From the NCBI GenBank assembly GCA_035292445.1, contig DATDQB010000020.1, forward strand, positions 155,484-219,483: a DNA stretch of 64,000 bases, in the 5' to 3' direction. The position numbers and the translations under genes were made by a program. Source of the stretch: Candidatus Omnitrophota bacterium. GTDB lineage: Bacteria; Omnitrophota; Gorgyraeia; Zapsychrales; Zapsychraceae. Below the pieces are notes generated by a model. It worked only from the letters and a program-made list of their open reading frames with translations, was not told the origin of the DNA and did no database searches. Position 1 is the first letter of the stretch; each line of letters begins with the position of its first letter. This document shows positions 18,401 to 27,844 of this stretch, piece by piece.

Positions 18401-19555
18401 GTGACATATCTGTCCTACCAACAGTCCCAGGTAGGTCCCTATGATACCACCCAAGATGGCCAACAGCAATCCGACCGAAGCCAGCCCCGGCTGGTACACC
18501 TCCGCCACGATCGGAGCGGAGGCCACCCCGCCGATATTGGCCTGGCTGGCGACCGCGACCAAGAACAAAGGAGCGCGGATCAGCCGGGCCACGCCGATGA
18601 GGACCGCCAGATGAATAAAGACGATCAGAAATCCGGCAACGATCAAGATAAGCGCTGAGCCGATATGGGCTAAACTCGCCTTGGCGCCGATGGAGGTTAA
18701 CACGAAATACAAAAGAAAGTAGCCGATGCGCGTAGAGCCGTATTCTTCCAATCTTCTGGCCGGCGTGAATGAAAACAAAAGCCCTAGCACGGATACAAGG
18801 ATGATCGTCCACGCGTACATTGAAATGACATCTTTGACCTCCGGCAACAGGCGGGCGGCGCTGGTTGCCGCAAAGCCACCCAGGAAAGCAAATATCAAGA
18901 TAAAAATCGTGACAAAGAAATGATTTTTTTCTTTTCGCACGCTCATCATCCCCTTGATCCTTCGAGTAAGATCTTCCAGCACCTGGCGGTCACAGCGGTT
19001 CCAGCGGTCATAAATGGGTTGAAGCCCAACCAACGCGACCAGCGTTCCCATCCAAATATAGGGAACGATGGTGTCCACGATCACCATCGGCAGGAAAACT
19101 TGATCCGGGGTGCCCAAAGCTTCTTTGACGGCGATCATATTCGCGCTTCCCCCTGTCCACGAGCCCGAAAGCGCGCCAAAGCCGGACCACATCTGTGTTC
19201 CCACCACATCCTTAAAAAGAACAAAAACAACGACCGTCCCCAGCATGATCCCGAAACTCCCTGCCAACATCATCGCCAGCGCCGAGGGGCCTAATTTAAA
19301 GATCGCCTTAACATCAACGCAAAGTAAAAGTAAGAACAAACTCGCCGGCAGGAAATTCTTGGAAATAACGCCGTAAACACTTGCTTGGCTGTCAATAAAT
19401 CCCATCGTTGAGGTGACCATCGGCAAAAAATAGATCCAGAAAACCGCCGGCAGGAACTTAAAGAATCTTTTATAATGTGGATGACCGGACAAATAAAGGA
19501 TCATGATCTCGATCAACAAAAGAACGCCCACGATGCCTAAAGGATGTTTGATCAT
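18386..19555 (-). CDS. DUF819-like polytopic membrane protein.
   Basis: 389-aa protein with about 10 TM helices. Last gene of the peptide-recycling operon. Its 3' end has a displaced paralogous copy 0.8 kb downstream. Confidence 0.6.
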   Translation of the reverse strand: MIKHPLGIVGVLLLIEIMILYLSGHPHYKRFFKFLPAVFWIYFLPMVTSTMGFIDSQASVYGVISKNFLPASLFLLLLCVDVKAIFKLGPSALAMMLAGSFGIMLGTVVVFVLFKDVVGTQMWSGFGALSGSWTGGSANMIAVKEALGTPDQVFLPMVIVDTIVPYIWMGTLVALVGLQPIYDRWNRCDRQVLEDLTRRIKGMMSVRKEKNHFFVTIFILIFAFLGGFAATSAARLLPEVKDVISMYAWTIILVSVLGLLFSFTPARRLEEYGSTRIGYFLLYFVLTSIGAKASLAHIGSALILIVAGFLIVFIHLAVLIGVARLIRAPLFLVAVASQANIGGVASAPIVAEVYQPGLASVGLLLAILGGIIGTYLGLLVGQICHLIAG

Positions 19556-20634
19556 AGGCCCTGAAGGATGATCCCCACTCCCGCCTTCACTTTTCTTAAA
19601 TCATATTGGCCATCGGAACTTAAATAAGAATTACCTTTTAATCCGCCCTTGATAAAAAATGGCGTATCCAGGTCGATGTAATCAAAACACCCCAAACCGG
19701 CAGCCAGGTGCGCGGAGGCAGTCATGGCCAAAGACGTTTCCATCATCCCGCCGATCATGAGCTTTATGCCGCTCGCCCGGGCGAGCCGGGCGATCTTGCA
19801 AGCGTGCACGATGCCGCATTTCATGATTTTAATGTTAATGACGGGAACTAACTTTTGTTTTATGATTTTTCTGGCGTCGTCCATCGTACGCACGCTTTCA
19901 TCCGCGCAAACGGGAATGGTTGTCGAACGGGAAATCCTTTTAAGCCCCTCCCAATCGTCTTTGGGCACCGGCTGCTCAAGTAGATCGATCTTGATCTTTC
20001 CCTTTTCCAATAATTTCAAAAATTTCAACATCTCATCAGCCGTATATCCCTGGTTGGCATCCAGATAAATACGGCTTCTAGGGGCCGATCGTTTAACGAT
20101 CTCAAGGCGTTTGAAATCAAGGTCCATGTCCCTGCCGATCTTGACCTTAAAGGCCCGGAATCCCTGACGAAAATATTTCTTAACCGAACTTTCCGTTTCC
20201 TTAAGGCCTGCCAGCACGATCGTTATATCACTGGTGAGCTTATGGCAGCGCCGGCCGAAAAACCGCCATAAAGGCATCCTCTCCTGACGGGTCAAGGCAT
20301 CGAGCAAGGCCGTTTCAATAGCGGCAATGGCACAGGGATTGGAAGAAAGGATTTGATGAAAACGCTGCGATATTTCTTCCACCCTTGCCGGCGATTCGCC
20401 CAATAATTGTTTTTTGATACGCTCTAAATTGTCGAGGGTCTGCCGCAGTGTTTCGCCGGTGATGTGTGTGGCAACAGCGGCCTCGCCCCAGCCTTTGGTC
20501 TTATCTTCCAATTCGATGCCGAATAAAATATTTTCGAGATAATCATGGGTACCCAACGCCGTGCGGAAAGGCTGGTTAAGTTCGGCCTTGAGAATTTGGA
20601 CAGAAATGTTCTTGATCCGATGGCGCGCGCTCAA
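19552..20634 (-). CDS. Dipeptide epimerase of the enolase superfamily (L-Ala-D/L-Glu epimerase, YkfB-like).
   Basis: MR/MLE-type N-terminal capping domain and barrel (KVKIGRD..., DANQGYT..., metal-binding D/E residues). It overlaps its neighbours by 4 bp. Confidence 0.75.
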   Translation of the reverse strand: MSARHRIKNISVQILKAELNQPFRTALGTHDYLENILFGIELEDKTKGWGEAAVATHITGETLRQTLDNLERIKKQLLGESPARVEEISQRFHQILSSNPCAIAAIETALLDALTRQERMPLWRFFGRRCHKLTSDITIVLAGLKETESSVKKYFRQGFRAFKVKIGRDMDLDFKRLEIVKRSAPRSRIYLDANQGYTADEMLKFLKLLEKGKIKIDLLEQPVPKDDWEGLKRISRSTTIPVCADESVRTMDDARKIIKQKLVPVINIKIMKCGIVHACKIARLARASGIKLMIGGMMETSLAMTASAHLAAGLGCFDYIDLDTPFFIKGGLKGNSYLSSDGQYDLRKVKAGVGIILQGL

Positions 20635-21986
20635 TTTTTTATCTCAACAACGGCCGCCAAACGCCGCAACAATGAGCCTTTCTTTGAGCCCTCGCCTAAA
20701 AAAAGATCACTGACCACTACCCTGTTTAGAACGCGGATGACATCTTCATCCTGTGAAGGTTCGCGATAACCCCAAACGGAATGAATGGCATATGGATGTT
20801 CATCCACTGTTCCTAAATACAACATGATATGGCCTTTCATGGGAAGAATGACGCTTGCTCCTGGGATGTTTCCCAAGATATCGATCTTTTGATGTGCATC
20901 CACCGTTTCATCAAACCGGGCCAGCGCCCTTCCAACCTGGGCCTGATTTTTGGAATCGCGCGTTAGATTTATCCCGACGGTCGCAAAAACTTCCTGCAGA
21001 AACCTTGAACAATCTTGTTCACCATACATATCACCCCATCCGTAGGGCTTATTCAACAGCTTAAACGCCTGTTCAAAAATAGTGCGCGGTGTATGTGGCA
21101 AAAATTTATCAGAGGCCTGAGATTTTTTTATATAAGCCGTCCTTAGTTCCATCATTCCCTCGCTTGTCGGCGCGGGGATCAAAACGGCATATACCAACTT
21201 ATCGGCTTTTTTGGCCAACGGCAATATCACTCCCATGCGTACATGGTCGTAATGCTGGGTCAAGGCCTCATCAAGGTAAATATCCGCTGTCGCATCGGTA
21301 ACGACAATAAATTTACGCATAGAAATATACTGCTTAAACTGCTGGCGGGAACACAGGGCGATCGTATCAGCGGGCACCCAACCGTCGCTTAACGCAGAGA
21401 CCGCATAGAGCCAGCGCCGATCGGCACTTCGATGAAGAACAATGACAGGTATGCCGATATCAAGGCCGCTGTTTTGAAGCTCATCAAAATCAATGTCTAA
21501 CGGCTTAGCATACAAACCCAGGTCCGTCGGCAAAAACCGCTGGTCGGCGAAACGGGTAACCACCCCATATTCGACAGGAATCTTCTTGGCGATTGTATCT
21601 ACTGCCGTTTCCGCCATCATCTCATCAAAAAAACGCTCCGGAGCCGCTTGGCCATCATCCATGAAAAGCCCTCGCGCTTTCAACTCGAGAACCTTCGTCG
21701 CCAATTGCTCCTTAAGGGCCGGGCCATCATAAAACTGAGGAAACTTCTTCAGGTCTTTGGTCAGTCCCAACACCTCTTGGTTATGGCGGTTAAAATCGTT
21801 GATGGCCTGCTCATTCATGATGAGTTGGTCGGGGTCAGGATGGCGGCTGATCCAATAGCCGGCCGTTTTCATCTCGCGTGTCACGCCGGGAAGTTCACTG
21901 GGCGCGCTGTAGTAAAGCTGCTCGTGATCGGCGAACGATTGATTACTTAAAAGTATCAAGCAGATAATGAGTGGAATGTATTTCAT
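20631..21986 (-). CDS. NlpC/P60-family peptidoglycan peptidase with an N-terminal extracytoplasmic domain (YkfC-like gamma-D-Glu-diamino-acid endopeptidase).
   Basis: Signal peptide. C-terminal papain-like motif YGWGDMYGEQDCSRFLQEVF ... GHIMLYLG (Cys/His). Confidence 0.7.
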   Translation of the reverse strand: MKYIPLIICLILLSNQSFADHEQLYYSAPSELPGVTREMKTAGYWISRHPDPDQLIMNEQAINDFNRHNQEVLGLTKDLKKFPQFYDGPALKEQLATKVLELKARGLFMDDGQAAPERFFDEMMAETAVDTIAKKIPVEYGVVTRFADQRFLPTDLGLYAKPLDIDFDELQNSGLDIGIPVIVLHRSADRRWLYAVSALSDGWVPADTIALCSRQQFKQYISMRKFIVVTDATADIYLDEALTQHYDHVRMGVILPLAKKADKLVYAVLIPAPTSEGMMELRTAYIKKSQASDKFLPHTPRTIFEQAFKLLNKPYGWGDMYGEQDCSRFLQEVFATVGINLTRDSKNQAQVGRALARFDETVDAHQKIDILGNIPGASVILPMKGHIMLYLGTVDEHPYAIHSVWGYREPSQDEDVIRVLNRVVVSDLFLGEGSKKGSLLRRLAAVVEIKN

Positions 21987-22669
21987 GGATCCCCTAAAAC
22001 AATTACAGGATGTTTCGCCCCATCAAGCCATTTCAACAGCCGTTTGACATTCCGTTGCGAGAGCGCCACGCAGCCGGCGGTTGAGCTGTCCGCGCCGCGC
22101 CAGACATGCAGGAATATCGCGGAGCCGTTCCCTGCAACAACCGGGCGCGTATTATATTCGATCACCGCTGCGTATTTGTAAAGATGGTCATCGCGCTTTA
22201 AGCGTTCAAATGAATTTACTTGAGGCGTTCCTTTGACCCAAGTATTGTATTGTTCGGAAGCCGGATCATCGACCCAGAAATCATCAACTCCGACTTGAGC
22301 GTACGCGAGCTTCGTATTAACGGCCGCCGGATAACCGAACGCCCTTTCCAATCGAAAGAGGCCGGATGGCGTACGGCCGTCGCCCTCTCTTTTTTCACCC
22401 GCGCTCGCCAAGCCGTTTCTTCCAATGACCGAATTCATTGAAGGGAACACAGCCTCCCAGCCGTTTTCCCCGCGTTGCCATGCGCTCACTTTCGCTTTCG
22501 TCTGATGCTGTGGGTCGGCCTCGACAACCACCGCTTGTTGAATATCTGTTTCTAATGAACCTAAAACATTTGCCGGAGGCAAGGGTGTGGCGCATCCGCC
22601 GAGGCATAAAAGAAAGACCACAATGAACGTGTTATGAGTTTTCATTCGCTGGCAACCACTTGGGGCCAC
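21983..22669 (-). CDS. L,D-transpeptidase (YkuD domain) lipoprotein.
   Basis: Lipobox LLCLGGC. Catalytic motif HVWRGADSSTAGCVAL. Confidence 0.75.
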   Translation of the reverse strand: MAPSGCQRMKTHNTFIVVFLLCLGGCATPLPPANVLGSLETDIQQAVVVEADPQHQTKAKVSAWQRGENGWEAVFPSMNSVIGRNGLASAGEKREGDGRTPSGLFRLERAFGYPAAVNTKLAYAQVGVDDFWVDDPASEQYNTWVKGTPQVNSFERLKRDDHLYKYAAVIEYNTRPVVAGNGSAIFLHVWRGADSSTAGCVALSQRNVKRLLKWLDGAKHPVIVLGDP

Positions 22670-23867
22670 CGAGAAGGCGGGCGACCATCATGCTGGAGAC
22701 GTTGTCACCAACGGCATTGACCATCGTGGCCGGCGGGTCGACTAATACGCCTATCATTGAAATAAGCGGCAAAGCTTCTATCGGAAAACCGTATAACGTA
22801 ACGATCAAAATCTCCCCCAAGAATCCGCCGGAAGGGATACCGCTCATCACGGTCCCGCTTAATAGGGCGACACCGATAGCGGTAAGTAAGACGGCGGGGC
22901 TGGAAAAATCCATTTGATAAAGGCCGAACAATAAAGCGATCTTCAATATAGCTGACAGGCACGAGCCTTCCATGTGAATGGTCGCGCCTATTGGGATCAC
23001 CACTTCTCTTATATCTTCAGGGATCCCGATTTTTTTAGCGGCCTCCAAACTCGTCGGGATGGTCGCCACACTGCTACCGGTCGCCAACGCCGTCAAAGAA
23101 GCCGGGATAATGTTCTTCCAAAATCTTTTGATCCCTTCTTGCCCGGCGGCCAAGAACGCGTACAACGAGAACGCGGCTATAAAATAAAAGAAGGCGAGCG
23201 GGTAATACACTTTCATCGCCCGCAGGTACGAACCGAACAGCTCCGGCCCGAACACGCCCACCAGATAGGCAAAATACGCGCCTAAACCAACAGGGGCATA
23301 ATACATGATATACCCGATGACTTTCCCCATGACCTCGTTACCGCTCATAAGAAATTGCGTGAACGCCCTTCCCTTGTCCCCGGCATGGGAAGCGCCAAGG
23401 CCGATCAAAAGAGAAAAAATGATCAACGCCAGCATATTCTTCTTGGATAAAAGGTCCCCGAAATCGGAAACGGTAAAAGCCTTAACGATCTGCGCTGAAA
23501 CATTGACCGCTTCGGGCTCTGTTACCGATGGCATGTCAACACCGATCCCCTGCGCCGGCGGATAAACCTTGACGGCGATGACCATCAGGATGGATGAGAT
23601 GATGCCGGTTACGATAAAAATGAGCATCATGGCCGATAGGATCTTTCCCAGCCGCTTGCCGCTGCTCATCGAAGCAACGGCTGAGGAAATGGAGAAAAAA
23701 ACCAGCGGGACAACGCTCGTAAAAAGTAAATTAAGGAAAATGTCGCCGAAAGGCTTGAAAAAAACCGCCCTCTCTTTAAGGGCAAGCCCCGTGACCGATC
23801 CGATAACGAGCGACAAGAGCAGAATGAGGGAAAACCGATAACTTTTAAGCGGGGATGTTTTTGCCAT
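22632..23867 (-). CDS. Dicarboxylate/amino acid:cation symporter (DAACS / GltP family).
   Basis: 411-aa membrane protein with the characteristic re-entrant-loop regions (GSSVATIP, NxDG-like region near the C-terminus). Confidence 0.75.
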   Translation of the reverse strand: MAKTSPLKSYRFSLILLLSLVIGSVTGLALKERAVFFKPFGDIFLNLLFTSVVPLVFFSISSAVASMSSGKRLGKILSAMMLIFIVTGIISSILMVIAVKVYPPAQGIGVDMPSVTEPEAVNVSAQIVKAFTVSDFGDLLSKKNMLALIIFSLLIGLGASHAGDKGRAFTQFLMSGNEVMGKVIGYIMYYAPVGLGAYFAYLVGVFGPELFGSYLRAMKVYYPLAFFYFIAAFSLYAFLAAGQEGIKRFWKNIIPASLTALATGSSVATIPTSLEAAKKIGIPEDIREVVIPIGATIHMEGSCLSAILKIALLFGLYQMDFSSPAVLLTAIGVALLSGTVMSGIPSGGFLGEILIVTLYGFPIEALPLISMIGVLVDPPATMVNAVGDNVSSMMVARLLGGPKWLPANENS

Positions 23868-23916
23868 TAGCCACCATTATACATCCTGACGGTTATAGGA
23901 TAAATATGAGATTGGA

Positions 23917-24723
23917 TTATTGTGAGGGGACAGAAAATAAATCCTTAACGCGATTGAACAGCGGACGCTTGGGGGAAATTTGGCCGTTATTAACTCCCGC
24001 GTACACCTTAAGCCCGTCTTTGAGGGTGAATTGGTTTTTTAGGACGCGCATGCCTACTTTTTCCAAAAATTTACCCAAACTTTGGATGTCGAAATAATAA
24101 AAGTGATCGGAAATGAAACCTGCCCATTTGGCGCCCTGGCGCCTGACATTGCGGTGGCCGACGTTCGGCGTCCATACCTCTAAGAGCCCGTCCGATTTAA
24201 GGATGCGCCTGATCTCTTTGAAGACGGCGGAAGGATCAGGGACATGCTCGATGACATGGTAGATCGTAACGACGTCAAAGAACGCATCGGGAAAATGGGC
24301 GTCTTCCAAAAATCCGGCAAACACATTAAGCTTAAGTTCTTCCCGGGCAAATTTATAACCGATCGGTGATATCTCGACACCGTAAGGGTCAAAACCGACA
24401 TTGCGGGCCGCCTCCAGGATAAATCCGGCGGAACAGCCGATATCAAGAAACCGCCCTCCCTTTTTGTAACGGCTGATGCCCCTTAAGATCTTCTTGGCCC
24501 TGCGGCGCTTGGATTCGCTTTTTTGGATATAGCCAGCGGAATAATCGCCGTCGGTATAAACCTTATTCTGCTTTTCGATGATTAGCCGGGGATTCATGTA
24601 CACCAACCGGCAGTTGGCGCACCTGACGATATGGTAACCGTCCTTTTGGTAAAGCTGCGAAGGCGCATCGAGCCCGCACAAATTGCAGGGGACATAAATT
24701 TTATCTTGTTCCAATATTTCCAT
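23917..24723 (-). CDS. Class I SAM-dependent methyltransferase with an N-terminal zinc ribbon.
   Basis: CNLCG...CANC zinc-ribbon pattern. Motif I LDIGCSAGF. Confidence 0.7.
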   Translation of the reverse strand: MEILEQDKIYVPCNLCGLDAPSQLYQKDGYHIVRCANCRLVYMNPRLIIEKQNKVYTDGDYSAGYIQKSESKRRRAKKILRGISRYKKGGRFLDIGCSAGFILEAARNVGFDPYGVEISPIGYKFAREELKLNVFAGFLEDAHFPDAFFDVVTIYHVIEHVPDPSAVFKEIRRILKSDGLLEVWTPNVGHRNVRRQGAKWAGFISDHFYYFDIQSLGKFLEKVGMRVLKNQFTLKDGLKVYAGVNNGQISPKRPLFNRVKDLFSVPSQ

Positions 24724-24775
24724 AAGGACACATTATAACAAAAGAACGTTGGCGGCGCATATGATTTTACGGAAG

Positions 24776-26203
24776 TTAATATCCCCGCCCTTTGCCCATC
24801 ATATTATAAATGAATTTCCATACCTCAAAAGATTCACCACAGCTTAAGCCTCTATCTTTCATCAAATAATAGCGGGTATGAAAATCTTTCATCCGATACC
24901 TGACGAGAAATTGGTTCCAATCCTGGGTCGTCTTCAGCTGCTGCGCATGCTTTAGCACCCAAAACTCGAACATGCCCTTGCTGCGGTCAGGGTATTTTTT
25001 AAAAAAATCATACAAGAAATCAACAGAAAACAAAACCGCCACGGCCAAGGCGACGGCGGCCAGCCACGGCCACCATTTCTCGGCCTGCGATATCAAGACC
25101 CCGGTCAATAAACTCACAACAGGCCAATGAACGCTGGTGCGCAGCGCGTTGGGGATGTCATGGTTTGTAAGCGAAGCGGGTATCAGGGAAAGGAAAAAAC
25201 CGGCAATGCATAGAAGAATGATCCCTTCCTGCCCCTGAAAGGCCCCTCGGTCTTTTTTATACCACCTACGCCATAAAAGAAGGAATAGACCAAAGCCCCA
25301 CCCCGCGTAATCCAGCCAGCTAAATAAGCCGTTTCGGCCGGTAGAATGGACCAATAGCCCTCCTTTTCGAAAAAGGAATTCCCACGACAAATGCAGGCCC
25401 AAATTGTTGATAAATAACGACCAAACGTTCTTCATCCATAAAGGACTCAGCGCTTCTCCCTGCGCCTGGCCGAAAATACTGATCTGATTAAACCTCGTCT
25501 GCAGCTCTCCGGAGACAATGCCAAGGATCAATGGCAGCGTTATCAGGACCAAAACTAAAAAGAAAACGACCCACGGAAGAAATCCGTAACGCCATCCGCG
25601 GCATAAAACGAAAAATACCATCAAAAATAACGGAATAAACAGCCTTTCGGGAGGATAAGAATACAAGCTCAACCCGATAAAGGCGGCCGATGCCCCCATA
25701 TTCACTTTGCTTTGGGCCTTAAGCAGGAAAAATAATCCCCACCCAAAAAAAACAGCGCCGAAGATGGACTCAAGCCCCAGGCGGGAACAGACAAAAACAA
25801 TGGGCGATAAAGAAGCCGCCAGCGCTGACCACAGCCCGCAGGTTAATCCGCCGACGCGCCGGCCCAAAAAAAAGATCCCCACGATCCCGAATATGACGCC
25901 CAATGCCGTGAAGGCACGCAAAGAAGGCACCGTGGTACCAAATACTTTCGCCCACAACGCGACCGGCCACATATACGTGGGCGGCCGCGGCGTGCCGTAG
26001 CCGACATGCAAAAACAAACCGGCCTTTTCCCCCCAGCAATTCAAGCCTTCCAACGCAAAACAGCGCACCGTCACCGCGGTACTGTATTCGTCAATATTGT
26101 ATCCCAGCGGGACCTTGTCTAACTGGAAAAGCCGAAAGCCGTTAACGATAATGATGAGAAAAATCAAAAAGAAAGGAAGGAATTTTTTCACAAAATCAAT
26201 CAT
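24776..26203 (-). CDS. GT-C fold glycosyltransferase (ArnT/PMT-like, polyprenyl-phosphate-sugar dependent).
   Basis: 475 aa with more than 10 TM helices. N-terminal loop with a conserved acidic motif (NIDEYS) typical of family 39/83 GT-C enzymes. Confidence 0.6.
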   Translation of the reverse strand: MIDFVKKFLPFFLIFLIIIVNGFRLFQLDKVPLGYNIDEYSTAVTVRCFALEGLNCWGEKAGLFLHVGYGTPRPPTYMWPVALWAKVFGTTVPSLRAFTALGVIFGIVGIFFLGRRVGGLTCGLWSALAASLSPIVFVCSRLGLESIFGAVFFGWGLFFLLKAQSKVNMGASAAFIGLSLYSYPPERLFIPLFLMVFFVLCRGWRYGFLPWVVFFLVLVLITLPLILGIVSGELQTRFNQISIFGQAQGEALSPLWMKNVWSLFINNLGLHLSWEFLFRKGGLLVHSTGRNGLFSWLDYAGWGFGLFLLLWRRWYKKDRGAFQGQEGIILLCIAGFFLSLIPASLTNHDIPNALRTSVHWPVVSLLTGVLISQAEKWWPWLAAVALAVAVLFSVDFLYDFFKKYPDRSKGMFEFWVLKHAQQLKTTQDWNQFLVRYRMKDFHTRYYLMKDRGLSCGESFEVWKFIYNMMGKGRGY

Positions 26204-26285
26204 AACATAGCCGTCTTTCGGCCCATAACATTAATTCAGAAATCTTTTGCGAATTTGAGGCAGATTTGTTATAAACAAAGTACGA

Positions 26286-27071
26286 ATGAACACTCATTTC
26301 GACATCACCATCCTCATACCAGCCAAAGATGAAGCGCTGCGCCTTCCGCCCTTTTTAAATAGCGTACTTACCTTTGCCAAGAATTACCCGGGAAAAATCG
26401 AAGTCATCGTTATTGACGATGGCAGCCGTGACGATACCGGAGGTGTCGTCATAAAAGCACAACAAATGTATCCCGGCCTTAAACTTTTGAGACTTCCCAC
26501 TAATAAGGGAAAAGGTTACGCCTTAAAATGCGGGATGTCCAGCTCCCAAGGGACCATCATTGCTTTCTTGGATGCTGACGGCTCAACACCGGTTGAAGAA
26601 GTTAGCCGCCAAATAAAATGGTTTGATGAAGGTTTTGACATCGTTGCCGGATCACGGGTGTTACGGGACCCTTCTTCCCAAGTGCAGGCGTTGGCGTACC
26701 GGAGATGGGCCGGCGCCCTTTTTAACAGCCTCGTGCACATATTCCTGATGAATGACATCAAGGATACCCAATGCGGCTTTAAGATGTTCCGCCGCGGTGT
26801 TGTGGCCGAGCTTGTGAGCCGCGTGCGCTTAAACGGCTACGGCTTTGACCTGGAACTTTTATATGCCGCCAAGCAGCTCGGGCTTAGGATCAAAGAAACC
26901 CCGGTCAACTGGCATCATGTGGACGGCAGCAAAGTGAGTTTGCTCAAGGATTCCTGGCGGATGATGGCCAACATCTTTCAGATCAGATCATGGCACGCCA
27001 GCGCCCCCAAGCAGCCGCTTATGCGGGTCCGTATTGAAAATCTTGAAAATAACTACGTTGAAAAGAATTAA
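26286..27071 (+). CDS. GT2 polyprenyl-phosphate glycosyltransferase (DPM1 / ArnC-like).
   Basis: ITILIPAKDE ... IVIDDGSRDDT ... DADG motifs (DxD-type GT-A fold). Confidence 0.8.
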   Translation: MNTHFDITILIPAKDEALRLPPFLNSVLTFAKNYPGKIEVIVIDDGSRDDTGGVVIKAQQMYPGLKLLRLPTNKGKGYALKCGMSSSQGTIIAFLDADGSTPVEEVSRQIKWFDEGFDIVAGSRVLRDPSSQVQALAYRRWAGALFNSLVHIFLMNDIKDTQCGFKMFRRGVVAELVSRVRLNGYGFDLELLYAAKQLGLRIKETPVNWHHVDGSKVSLLKDSWRMMANIFQIRSWHASAPKQPLMRVRIENLENNYVEKN

Positions 27072-27076
27072 CCCTG

Positions 27077-27835
27077 ATGGACCCTGCCCAAGAGCTTGTC
27101 GTCTTACAAAAGACCCTTTACACTTCTAAGAACCCCACCAGGCGATGGCTGCATTGCCTTCGCAGGGACTGGATCATCTCAAAGATCATCGAATACAGCA
27201 AGGGAAGGGCCATTATCTCTTTGGAAACCGGCCCCGGATCGGGCGTCTACATCCCCACGCTTTCGGACGTGTCCTATGAAGTTGTTGCCTCGGACATAGA
27301 AAACGCCCATTTAAATAATATCGAAGGGCTGTTTAAGACTTATCCGAACGTCCGGCTGGTCGTGGATGACATCAGCGCCACACGCTTGCGCCCATCGTCT
27401 TTTAACTTGATATTATGCTCGGAAGTCATCGAGCATATTAACGGCTCGGCAGAAGTGCTGGGCAACTTCTTCAAGCTGCTTAAACCCGACGGGATCCTGA
27501 TCCTTTCAACGCCCCAAAAATTCAGCACGCTGGAGGTGCTTTGCAAGATCGCCTTTCTCCCCGGGATCATACAGCTCGTGAGGCTCATTTATGGGGAAAG
27601 CATCCTCAAGACCGGCCACATCAACCTGAAAACACAAAAACAATTAATGAAAGAGATCCGTCAGGCGGGCTTTACGATCGTTGAACAATACAAATGCGGC
27701 TTTTATCTGCCTTTGATCGCGGAGTTCCTTGGTGAGGCGGGATTATCGCTTGAGAAAGGCTTGGAAAAAACCATCCGCAAAACCAAATTTATGGACTGGC
27801 TGCTGTGGACCCAGGCTTATGTGTTGAAAAAATAA
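27077..27835 (+). CDS. Class I SAM-dependent methyltransferase.
   Basis: Motif I LETGPGSG, followed by the acidic motif II. Confidence 0.65.
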   Translation: MDPAQELVVLQKTLYTSKNPTRRWLHCLRRDWIISKIIEYSKGRAIISLETGPGSGVYIPTLSDVSYEVVASDIENAHLNNIEGLFKTYPNVRLVVDDISATRLRPSSFNLILCSEVIEHINGSAEVLGNFFKLLKPDGILILSTPQKFSTLEVLCKIAFLPGIIQLVRLIYGESILKTGHINLKTQKQLMKEIRQAGFTIVEQYKCGFYLPLIAEFLGEAGLSLEKGLEKTIRKTKFMDWLLWTQAYVLKK

Positions 27836-27844
27836 ACGGCCTGG

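Noticed and set aside
17700-18812. 370-aa ORF extending the orphan gene upstream to 18812.
   Set aside because: The N-terminal 145 or so codons run antisense or out of frame through the GC-rich DUF819 gene and are Arg/Gly-rich junk. Composition switches exactly where the AT-rich insert begins, so the gene was trimmed to 17700..18379 (or 18406).
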